Shown: piece by piece, positions 20,444-28,653 of the stretch
Layout of the letters: the number at the start of each line of letters is the position of its first letter
How positions within the stretch are numbered: the stretch's first letter is position 1
Assembly: GCA_017442585.1 (NCBI GenBank)
Contig: JAFRZM010000053.1
Span: 27,012-91,011, forward strand
Source of the DNA: Lachnospiraceae bacterium
GTDB lineage: Bacteria; Bacillota; Clostridia; Lachnospirales; Lachnospiraceae
DNA: 64,000 bases
Reading direction: 5' to 3'
Position numbers and translations under genes: made by a program
Notes under the pieces: model-generated
The model's database searches: none
Seen by the model: the letters and a program-made list of their open reading frames with translations, nothing else
Told to the model about the DNA's origin: nothing

Positions 20444-21568
20444 ATGGCACATATTAATTCAATAGAAATAAAAAGTTACAGAGGAATAAAAGCATTATCA
20501 GTTTCAGATTTTTCAAATATTAATATAGTTGTGGGAGACAACAATAGTGGAAAAACCTCTTTTCTAGAGGCCATTCAATTATTGTTTGCCGGTACTCAAC
20601 TGGGAACTTTGAAAAATATTATAAATCAACGAACTGTACTTAATCCTGACAAGAGTAGTTTTTATGTTTCGCTCACAAAAATGTTCAACAAGGAGCAAAG
20701 ACCGGATTCGATGGACTTTGAGATTTCTGCAGAAAGTAATAGTGGAATCCTACAGTTTCGTTTTATGGGGCGAGAAGGCAGTGTTTCGGGTGAAGAAGCA
20801 CTTCAAATGTCTGCTTTATCTCAGCGAGAAAAAATGCAGTATAAAAGGAATTCGATTATATTGCCGGAAAAGGCAAAAGTATTTATAGGGAATGTAGTCG
20901 CACAAACTGGAGAAGAAATTTCACAGCAGGAAGTAAGAAGTACATCTTTAGATAGTGGGCTTCCGGGGGCTTCTTTAAAGAAGGAAATTCTGTATATTTC
21001 GGCATTTGGACATCTTAGATATGATCTTTTACAGAATATTGTAGGTAATCCGGAATATAAAAAGCTGGCAGTTGATATTCTTGGACAATTTGAAACAGAA
21101 ATAGAGGATATATGTTATACCAAGGCAGATGATGGCTCTTATTTAGAAACGATTGTAGCTACGAGTGGGATAAATATGCCGCTTTCGGTATATGGCGATG
21201 GTATTAAGAAGATTTTGTATATACTTAATAAGCTTTTTGATTCCGCAGATTCAATACTGCTGATTGATGAAATTGAGACGGGGCTCCATAAGAAATATTA
21301 TGATATGTTGTTCCCTGTAATATTTGCTTTAGCTAGTAAGTTGAATGTTCAATTGTTTATTGCAACACATAGTATTGAGGCGATAGATGCTATACTTAAA
21401 TACGGAGATTACGACAATAAGAAAGAAGAGAAGGATCCGATTAAAGTCATTACATTAAAGAAAATTGAATCAAAAACCGGTAAAGGAAGCAACATAGTTG
21501 CTAGAAACGTTACAGGTAATTATGTATACGAAAATAGAAAAGTGTTTGAATATGAGGTGCGTCTATGA
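20444..21568 (+). CDS. ABC/SMC-like ATPase (AAA_15/AAA_21 type)
   Basis: Walker A GDNNSGKTS, signature LSVYGDG, Walker B ILLIDEIETGLH, H-loop IATHS. Confidence 0.9.
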   Translation: MAHINSIEIKSYRGIKALSVSDFSNINIVVGDNNSGKTSFLEAIQLLFAGTQLGTLKNIINQRTVLNPDKSSFYVSLTKMFNKEQRPDSMDFEISAESNSGILQFRFMGREGSVSGEEALQMSALSQREKMQYKRNSIILPEKAKVFIGNVVAQTGEEISQQEVRSTSLDSGLPGASLKKEILYISAFGHLRYDLLQNIVGNPEYKKLAVDILGQFETEIEDICYTKADDGSYLETIVATSGINMPLSVYGDGIKKILYILNKLFDSADSILLIDEIETGLHKKYYDMLFPVIFALASKLNVQLFIATHSIEAIDAILKYGDYDNKKEEKDPIKVITLKKIESKTGKGSNIVARNVTGNYVYENRKVFEYEVRL

Positions 21569-22302
21569 TTGAATTAGTACTTGTAGAAGGCGTATCAGAT
21601 GTTCAGCTGATAAGTTACTATATGCAGAGCGTATATGAGTGGAAGCATGTTAATGAAAATATACTTGGAATAACGGTATTGGATGCGCATGAACATATAG
21701 AAAATTTAACAAAAGGTGATAATGAACTTGTGTTATGCGGTGTTGGAGGAAATAGTAAATTTGCGTCGTTTGTGGAAAAACACCGTATAAATGCAATGAT
21801 TATTGAAAAAGAAATAGCATCATTTATGGTTGTGACGGATAGAGATAAAGAAAGCAATCTAAAGATGACAAGAAGAATTAATGCAGTATTTGAAAATATA
21901 ACATTCGAAGCAGGAAAATGGGTGAAAAATAAGATAGCGGATGGCTATGGCCAGGATAAGTTGGTTAATACTTACTTGCTAATTATCCCAGAAAATGAAA
22001 ATGGTGCATTGGAAAGTGTAATCATTAATGCATTGAAGGATATACCGGAAGAAAAAGAACTTATGCAAGAGGTAATTGACTTTATAGATAATGTAAAGAA
22101 TGATTTGGTTCCGGAATTATGTAAAATTAATAAATATAATAAGGCTGTTGTTGGAACGTTTTTCAGCGTTAGAAATCCGGAAAATGCAATGCGTTCTTTT
22201 GGAGCTTTCGTATCAAAGGTAGAGTGGTTAAAGTCGGAGTCACTTAAACAGATTTTTATGCCGCTCGGCTGTTTGGGTAAGGAAAAAACGATTAATAATT
22301 AA
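21565..22302 (+). CDS. TOPRIM-like (DUF3226/DUF4435-like) putative nuclease
   Basis: N-terminal LVEGVSD, DxD motif VVTDRD, later IIP...GALE; ATGA-coupled to the ATPase. Confidence 0.7.
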   Translation: MIELVLVEGVSDVQLISYYMQSVYEWKHVNENILGITVLDAHEHIENLTKGDNELVLCGVGGNSKFASFVEKHRINAMIIEKEIASFMVVTDRDKESNLKMTRRINAVFENITFEAGKWVKNKIADGYGQDKLVNTYLLIIPENENGALESVIINALKDIPEEKELMQEVIDFIDNVKNDLVPELCKINKYNKAVVGTFFSVRNPENAMRSFGAFVSKVEWLKSESLKQIFMPLGCLGKEKTINN

Positions 22303-22441
22303 ATTTAAGGAAGGATTGCGCTTACTTAGTCGATAGTGCGACGGTTTTTCTCTGGCCGACTTGTTTTGAGAAGTTTTGATCGAAGGATTCTTCTAGAGAT
22401 TAAATGAAAAACTAAACGCAAGGTAAGGGCTTTTGTTCTTA

Positions 22442-22518
22442 AATCGGTAGTGGTTTTTATGATGCTAGATATGAGGTTTATGTTAATGAGTTTATGAAGG
22501 CGTCGCTCGAGAAGTTTA
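22442..22518 (+). pseudogene. Degenerate copy of the RBS and 5' end of the 18829..19095 gene
   Basis: Hand alignment with 18812-18888 gives about 60 of 77 identical positions with one gap. Confidence 0.7.
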
Positions 22519-22578
22519 CAGGATATTTAAGAAGATACGGGGATAAAAACTATATTATTAAGTCTAGGAGAATTTAAA

Positions 22579-23742
22579 ATGCTTGAAAACGAAGTTGTCA
22601 AGACAAATAATAGTGTTGCAAATATGACGGAAGAGTTTTTAATGGATGTCAGAAAGGAGCTAATCCCGACGGAAAGAGCTATAAGCCTTCCGTTTGCAGA
22701 GATTGGATCACTTGGCACTGCAATGGCAGCATTTGCTCCGGCAGTAGAAGTGTTATCAAAAATAAATGATGGAAAACTTTATAGAATAACTAATGCCAAG
22801 AAGGGATTCGAACTGGCAAAAGCTAAAGGAGGAGGAAACTGGCCTTCGCTTAGAAAGGGTAATGAGAAAATTCTTGCAAAGCTTGAAGAGGCAGATATTT
22901 CTGATGCGGCATCTTGTATAGATCCGGCAATGATTATGATAGCAGTGGCTTTGTATGATATAAATAAAAATCTCGATGAGATTAAGAGCACGACTAAGCA
23001 AATCTTGTCATTTTTGCAAATTGAGAAAGAGTCTCAGATTGAGGCTGATGTGATTACTCTTGATGACATCGTTAGTAAGTATAAGGATAATTGGAATAAT
23101 GAACTTTGGATGTCAAGCAATCATCAATTAGTGTGCGATATTAAGCGTGAAGCTCGAAAGAATATATTATCATATCAACGTGAAACTGAAGAGTTGATGA
23201 AAGATAAGAAAATTCTAGTATTGCAAGGTCATACAAATTCAATACTTAATGATTTGCTTAATAAATATAGATATTATCGACTTTCACTTTACATTTTTTC
23301 GCTAGCATCAATGTCAGAGATTATGCTTGAAGGTAGATTTACGGAAGAAAGTATTGAAGCGGCTATTAGTGAAATAAGAAAGTACTCTAATGAGTATAGA
23401 GAACTCTTTGGTAAAAGTTCGGAATTTTTGGAGGAAAGGTCGGGAGAAGCTTTGGAAGCTTATGCATATAAAGGTGTTGGAATAGCTGCAAATGCCATGG
23501 GTAAGCTTGTTCAGAAGATTCCGAATATGAATGGCGAGAAAATTGGTGACTCGCTTCAGGAAAAAGGAAAGCAGATTCAGAAGTTTGCTGAAGACGGAAA
23601 CAGGAAGATTGTCGAGGCTTTCGCAGAAGCGGGAGACCCTAAAACAAGAGTACTTTTGAATGAAATGGAAAACTTAATGCAGATATATAATGGGACAACA
23701 GAAATATGTATGGACAATAAAGGGTTTTATTTGATAGCATAA
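22579..23742 (+). CDS. Conserved-looking hypothetical protein (helical, 387 aa)
   Basis: Long ORF with SD AGGAG; hydrophobic segments (IDPAMIMIAVAL) followed by a heptad-rich region. Confidence 0.8.
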   Translation: MLENEVVKTNNSVANMTEEFLMDVRKELIPTERAISLPFAEIGSLGTAMAAFAPAVEVLSKINDGKLYRITNAKKGFELAKAKGGGNWPSLRKGNEKILAKLEEADISDAASCIDPAMIMIAVALYDINKNLDEIKSTTKQILSFLQIEKESQIEADVITLDDIVSKYKDNWNNELWMSSNHQLVCDIKREARKNILSYQRETEELMKDKKILVLQGHTNSILNDLLNKYRYYRLSLYIFSLASMSEIMLEGRFTEESIEAAISEIRKYSNEYRELFGKSSEFLEERSGEALEAYAYKGVGIAANAMGKLVQKIPNMNGEKIGDSLQEKGKQIQKFAEDGNRKIVEAFAEAGDPKTRVLLNEMENLMQIYNGTTEICMDNKGFYLIA

Positions 23743-23785
23743 AGGTAGAATTCGAGATTAAGCGTTATTAGGAGGGAATGTTAAA

Positions 23786-24016
23786 ATGAATGAAAAATTG
23801 GATGCGCTAGTTTTAGTAAAAAACGCGGTGACGAATTGGGTTCAAATAACAACGCATGGTTCTAGATATACATGCGAGACCAAAATGCTTGATGGAGTAG
23901 AATGCTTTAAATTTAAAAACAGATGGCATAGTGTAAATGATTATGTGGGACCAAATACTGAGGAACTGATTGAAGAAAATGGCAAGCTAATATCAAGATT
24001 GTTTAAAAAGAAATAG
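23786..24016 (+). CDS. Hypothetical protein
   Basis: 76-aa ORF with AGGAGG SD; no recognisable motif. Confidence 0.7.
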   Translation: MNEKLDALVLVKNAVTNWVQITTHGSRYTCETKMLDGVECFKFKNRWHSVNDYVGPNTEELIEENGKLISRLFKKK

Positions 24017-24168
24017 TATATGCTGGTATCACTATTACTTGCAATTTCTATGTTTATTATGCGTACTGACTCCATTTTTGAAGGAGTAAAGGGAATTACA
24101 GGTAGTATAATGGTTTTTACTAAAGTAAAAGGGAAAAGTTAGTTATACGGAATACGGAGAATGTTATT

Positions 24169-24687
24169 ATGCCAAAGGTATCCACAAAAGAAAACAAAAA
24201 TGCATATTTTTTACGACGTGAGGAACTGAAGCTTACCCGTGATCAGGCGAGCGAGCTCTTGGAATCAATTCCACCGGAGCGTATTGAAAAGATTGAAAAT
24301 GAACGTTTGGAGCCGCATCCGGAAGAAGTATTAATTATGGCGGATAAGTATAAGGCACCGGAACTATGTAACTATTATTGTTCGACGCAGTGCCCGATTG
24401 GCTTACAGTATGTGCCGGAAGTCAAAATACATGACTTATCTCAGATTATATTAAAGATGGTTGATTCTTTAAACTGTGTGCAGGAAAAGAAAAATAGGCT
24501 TATTAATATAACTGCTGATGGAGTGGTAAGTGATGATGAGATTGATGACTTCGTAGATATACAGGATGAACTTGAGAAGATTTCTATTTCTGTAGAGGCA
24601 TTACAGTTATGGTCGGAGCAGATGCTTGCGGATGGTGTAATTAATCAAGAGAAGTATGAGGATAGACGCAAAGAAAAGAATATGTAA
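24169..24687 (+). CDS. XRE-type HTH regulator with C-terminal helical domain
   Basis: REELKLTRDQASE...ERIEKIENE, LCNYYC..CPIG, ITADGVVSDDE. Confidence 0.8.
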   Translation: MPKVSTKENKNAYFLRREELKLTRDQASELLESIPPERIEKIENERLEPHPEEVLIMADKYKAPELCNYYCSTQCPIGLQYVPEVKIHDLSQIILKMVDSLNCVQEKKNRLINITADGVVSDDEIDDFVDIQDELEKISISVEALQLWSEQMLADGVINQEKYEDRRKEKNM

Positions 24688-24993
24688 GGTGTGGTATACG
24701 AGCGCTTTTTCACTATTTAGGAAGAGCACTTTTTTATTTTGCTAAAATCGGAGAGATAACAAAGGATAGTTGCTGATGTAATCATGTTGTTTATGAATGA
24801 AAGGGATTATTATTAAAGCATAAAGAACAAGGAATACATTATAAAACGAATCCGAAAACGAATAGAACAAAAATCCACGAAGTGTGGACACAGAAGAGGG
24901 AATTCAAATATATAATGTAGACAAGTTCTAAGAGAAGGAGGTTAAACTTAGCAACAGTTGTTTTAAGAAAACTATTTAATGGAGGAACAGACT

Positions 24994-25212
24994 ATGAAGT
25001 ATCAGGTAAAATTAATATTTGCAGATGGTGAAGAAATAATTGACGATACGCTTTGTGATACTTATGATGAGGCAGTTGATTACTCGGATTATTTAGTAAG
25101 CTGCTACCAAACAGGTGCAGAAACACTTAACATGAGCAATATGGGCGATTATGAGTATGACGAAGATAATTTTGAACTCCCGGATTGTGAAATAATCGAG
25201 GTCGACGAATAA
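24994..25212 (+). CDS. Small acidic hypothetical protein
   Basis: GGAGG SD before ATG 24994; D/E-rich. Confidence 0.7.
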   Translation: MKYQVKLIFADGEEIIDDTLCDTYDEAVDYSDYLVSCYQTGAETLNMSNMGDYEYDEDNFELPDCEIIEVDE

Positions 25213-25276
25213 GGGATTGAATGGCGGCACCTAAAAACGGTGCAGCCGAAGAAACTTTCATTAAGGAGGAATAAAA

Positions 25277-25675
25277 ATGGCAAAAGATTGGATTTATGCA
25301 AATTTTGCAAAGGTAGCAAGTGCCAATGGCGGACCGGTTAACTATTTAAATTCAATAGCAAGAAATAATTTCAAGGCGGGTTTTAATAGTGGACATCTAA
25401 GAGGAGCAGCAGAGTTGCTTTTGTTTGAGGGAGCCTGTTATGGATGTTATAGAGCGGGTAGGTATTTCTTTGAAAATAGAAAGAGCAAAAATAAAGAAGT
25501 TCAGATGATAGAGCCAATTAAGCTATTCGAGATTATTAAAAACGATTGTTATAATGAAAGAGGCGAGAATGATGAGAGTAAAAAACAGAATCGCAACAAT
25601 CCGGTTTATCGAAAAAGCAAAGACACATCCTCAGTTTGTGAAGAGGGAATTAAAGATAAAGACGGAATCTGTTAA
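25277..25675 (+). CDS. Hypothetical protein
   Basis: AAGGAGG SD; no recognisable motif. Confidence 0.6.
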   Translation: MAKDWIYANFAKVASANGGPVNYLNSIARNNFKAGFNSGHLRGAAELLLFEGACYGCYRAGRYFFENRKSKNKEVQMIEPIKLFEIIKNDCYNERGENDESKKQNRNNPVYRKSKDTSSVCEEGIKDKDGIC

Positions 25676-25695
25676 GCGTAGATAATATACAAATA

Positions 25696-25735
25696 AGGTG
25701 CCTTTCGCATAGGTATAGGCGAAAGGCATCTTTTT
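25696..25735 (+). terminator. Rho-independent terminator
   Basis: AGGTGCCTTTCGC/GCGAAAGGCATCT stem (one G-T) followed by Ts. Confidence 0.8.
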
Positions 25736-25873
25736 ATTCTAGGGGGATGAGCGAATTAGAGTTTAATAATTTCCTGAAAGTATTAGGTAAATAAAATGGT
25801 TTTGAAAGAGAAGACTGTTAGGAGGTGCCTGCGGTCTTTGCATTCGAATAAAGGGATAGTTGATGTAGGTATA

Positions 25874-26056
25874 AATCGGCGGGGAAGAAAAGTTTAACGA
25901 AGTGACCATAGCGAAGTGAGCGTCGTGGCGCAGTGCGATGCGCGGCAACCAAGCCCACTGTTTGAGCGAAGCGAGTTTGGGCGACTTGCCGCAATTGGCG
26001 AGCGCGAGCCACAGAGAACGAGCGTGTCACGAGTAAACTTTTCTTTCCTGCCGATT
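25874..26056. repeat. ~183-bp rod-like palindromic element (element 1)
   Basis: Imperfect terminal arms AATCGGCGGGGAAGAAAAGTTTA/TAAACTTTTCTTTCCTGCCGATT; nested stems GTGAC/GTCAC, GTGGC/GCCAC, GCGGCAA/TTGCCGC, GCCCA/TGGGC; GCGAAGC at 25966-25972. Confidence 0.8.
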
Positions 26057-26179
26057 CTATATTTGTTCCATTTTATAAAAATTTTATAATTCGTTCGAGT
26101 TAAAAGCCCGAAAATAGGCCGATTTTAGAAAAATTTAATTAGGACGTGCTTGTGGTTTTGCAATTGGCAATAAGGACAA

Positions 26180-26264
26180 CAAAAAAGCTAAGTAACCGCC
26201 CGCTCAAAAGTGTGTTACTTAGCTAACCACCGAGGGCAACCGTTTATCGGTAGCACCTTTTGTT
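26180..26264 (-). ncRNA. Candidate ~85-nt small RNA (ends approximate)
   Basis: Bounded by a consensus promoter and an 11-bp stem terminator (AGCTAAGTAAC/GTTACTTAGCT, 26186-26224) followed by Ts on the minus strand; no ORF; internal hairpin ACCGA/TCGGT. Confidence 0.7.
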
Positions 26265-26270
26265 TACTAG

Positions 26271-26299
26271 ATTATAGTGCATATTTCAATAATTGTCAA
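26271..26299 (-). promoter_or_regulatory. Consensus sigma-A promoter of the candidate sRNA
   Basis: Minus strand TTGACA (26299-26294), 17 bp, TATAAT (26276-26271). Confidence 0.85.
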
Positions 26300-26303
26300 T
26301 GAA

Positions 26304-26332
26304 TTGATATTTGTCCCCCTTTATAGTAAAAT
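26304..26332 (+). promoter_or_regulatory. Probable sigma-A promoter of the cca operon
   Basis: TTGATA, 17 bp, TAAAAT; back-to-back with the sRNA promoter. Confidence 0.6.
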
Positions 26333-26392
26333 AGAGAGTGCCATTTTAGGCGTATTTTAAAATAACGATAATGATTTTGTGAGAGAACGCGA

Positions 26393-27613
26393 ATGCACTT
26401 GCCGATAGATGTTAAAAATATCATAGAGCGTCTGGAACAAGCCGGCTACGAAGCATATGCCGTAGGCGGCTGCGTTCGTGACAGCTTGCTTAACGAAGAG
26501 CCCGGAGACTATGATATGACAACATCTGCATTACCATTTGAGGTAAAAGCGCTCTTCAAAAGAACTTTCGATACCGGAATAAAGCACGGCACGGTAACCG
26601 TACTTATGCCGGGAGGCACATATGAAGTTACGACCTACAGAGTAGATGGCGAATATGAAGACATGCGCCACCCTAAAGAAGTGACATTCACGAGAAACTT
26701 AAAAGACGACCTTTCAAGACGCGATTTCACAATAAACGCGATGGCATATAACGAGAAAGACGGCCTTATCGATTTATTTAACGGTAAGGAAGACCTTGAA
26801 AAAAGAGTTATCCGTTGTGTCGGAGATCCGATAAAAAGATTCTCCGAGGACGCGTTAAGAATGCTTCGCGCGGTAAGATTTTCCGCAAAACTTGGATTTT
26901 CAATAGAAAAAGATACACTTAATGCTATAAACGAATTGCACGAGAACTTAAAAGCCGTATCGTCCGAGCGAATCTACGTTGAATTTATAAAGACCGTACT
27001 TAGCGATAATCCGGATAACCTAAAAGTGGCCTACGAAACAGGCCTTTTACCGTTATTCCTCGATGAAGTGTCTCCGCTTTTTAAAGACGAAGAAGCTTTA
27101 AACGAAGCCTTTAGAAGGATGAAACAAGTCGATAAAGACCACATACTTCGCCTTGGAATAATGTTTTCGGAAGCTAATAAAAAGAAAAAGTTCTCACCGA
27201 AGACCGTATTAAAGCGCCTTAAAACAGACAGAGATACTTTTGAAGGCGTAGAAAAACTCGTAAACTTATCCGAGAAAGAACTTCCAACAACTGATTATGA
27301 GGTCAGAAGATATCTTGCGGATAACGGCCTTGATATGACAAAGCGTGTGCTTGCACTTATTTCTTCAATCGGAGAAAAAGAAAGCACCAAGTGCAAAGAA
27401 GTTCTAGAGCGAATAGACACAATACTTAAAAACAACGACTGCATAACCCTTAAAACCCTTGCGGTTACAGGAAACGACGTAATAACTTTAGGCGTTGAAA
27501 AAGGCACAAGAGTAGGAACAGTTTTAGAAGCATTATTTGATAGGGTGTTACAAGACCCTTCATTAAACAATAAAGATACATTAACTTCGATAGTAAAGAA
27601 GGAATTTTTGTAA
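26393..27613 (+). CDS. cca: CCA-adding tRNA nucleotidyltransferase (class II)
   Basis: VGGCVRD..DYD, DLSRRDFTINA, EDALRMLRAVRF, SERIYVEF. Confidence 0.92.
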   Translation: MHLPIDVKNIIERLEQAGYEAYAVGGCVRDSLLNEEPGDYDMTTSALPFEVKALFKRTFDTGIKHGTVTVLMPGGTYEVTTYRVDGEYEDMRHPKEVTFTRNLKDDLSRRDFTINAMAYNEKDGLIDLFNGKEDLEKRVIRCVGDPIKRFSEDALRMLRAVRFSAKLGFSIEKDTLNAINELHENLKAVSSERIYVEFIKTVLSDNPDNLKVAYETGLLPLFLDEVSPLFKDEEALNEAFRRMKQVDKDHILRLGIMFSEANKKKKFSPKTVLKRLKTDRDTFEGVEKLVNLSEKELPTTDYEVRRYLADNGLDMTKRVLALISSIGEKESTKCKEVLERIDTILKNNDCITLKTLAVTGNDVITLGVEKGTRVGTVLEALFDRVLQDPSLNNKDTLTSIVKKEFL

Positions 27614-27614
27614 G

Positions 27615-28649
27615 ATGGAAGATAAGAAGATAAGCGTCATCGTTCCGGTTTACAATGCTGCAAAGTATGTTCAAACCTGCGTTGACTCCATATTAAATCA
27701 GACATATACAAACCTCGAGCTTATCCTTGTGGACGACGGTTCAAAGGACGAATCGCCTGCACTTTTGGATGAGATAAAGAGTAAAGATCCTCGAGTAGTG
27801 GTAATTCATAAAGAAAACGGCGGCGTATCCGCTGCGAGAAACGACGGAATCGTTGCGTCTACAGGCGAGTACATTCATTTCATAGATTCCGACGACTGGC
27901 TTGATAAGACCTGCTATGAAGATATGATATCGCTCATGGTCAAAGAAGACGCAGACGTAGCGTATTTCGGATGGTCAAAGGACAATGTCTATAAGACCGC
28001 ATTCGTTCAGTCCAAGGAAGGCTTTACAGGAGTCGGAGGCCAAAGCGAGATATTAAAATATATGCTTTCACTCGTAGGTGTGGGCGGCGGCTATGTAAGC
28101 TACGGAAACTACGTATGGAATAAGATATATAAGAAAGCATCATTAAAGGATTGTAACGGTAACTTCGTGCTTTTCCCTACTGATGTAAACATTGCGGAAG
28201 ACGGATTATGGCTTGTAGAAGCCGCAAAGAACTTCAAGAAAGGCGTATTCAATAAGACACCTTATTATCATTACTATCAAAACCCTGATTCTGTAATGAA
28301 TACCAAGGAGAAGTATTTCAAGACACGCCTTGGGTCTGAGAGCGCTCACGTTAAAATGGTTAAAATCGTGGAAGCTTACAACAAGGAAATGGCCGACCTT
28401 CATAAAGAAGTGTGCAATAGCTTTTTCCTGTCTCATATTGACGGTGCGCCTGAGAAGGCCCCTGAGTTTATAGAGGCTGTATTTAATAATCTTATAGAAT
28501 TGAATGACGGAAAATGCCCGGCATCACTTGCAAAAAAATATGCGGCACTCCTTAACAACGTGCCGAAGGATGCGGGATTACTTAATAGAAAGTTAGTCAG
28601 AATGGCTGTTAAAGTCACGAAGAAAATCGATAAAAAGAGAAAAGGGTGA
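27615..28649 (+). CDS. Glycosyltransferase family 2
   Basis: ISVIVPVYNA, VDDGSKD, NGGVSAARN, FIDSDD. Confidence 0.95.
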   Translation: MEDKKISVIVPVYNAAKYVQTCVDSILNQTYTNLELILVDDGSKDESPALLDEIKSKDPRVVVIHKENGGVSAARNDGIVASTGEYIHFIDSDDWLDKTCYEDMISLMVKEDADVAYFGWSKDNVYKTAFVQSKEGFTGVGGQSEILKYMLSLVGVGGGYVSYGNYVWNKIYKKASLKDCNGNFVLFPTDVNIAEDGLWLVEAAKNFKKGVFNKTPYYHYYQNPDSVMNTKEKYFKTRLGSESAHVKMVKIVEAYNKEMADLHKEVCNSFFLSHIDGAPEKAPEFIEAVFNNLIELNDGKCPASLAKKYAALLNNVPKDAGLLNRKLVRMAVKVTKKIDKKRKG

Positions 28650-28653
28650 AATA

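Noticed and set aside
16609-24889. 12-mer GAAGTGTGGACA repeated near 16610 and 24879
   Set aside because: A single 12-bp match across 10 kb is expected by chance, and the flanks do not align.
25763-26030. ORFs 25763..25948 (-) and 25818..26030 (-)
   Set aside because: They coincide with GC-rich palindromic element 1, lack an SD and have an unnatural Arg/Ala-rich composition; probably artefacts.
25874-26056. 6S RNA identity for the ~185-nt rods
   Set aside because: Size and rod shape fit, but no promoter or large central bubble is evident and two divergent copies occur in opposite orientation; left for cmscan.
15540-26270. Prophage, integron or ICE
   Set aside because: No integrase, recombinase, relaxase, structural genes, attC-like repeats or flanking att duplication were seen.
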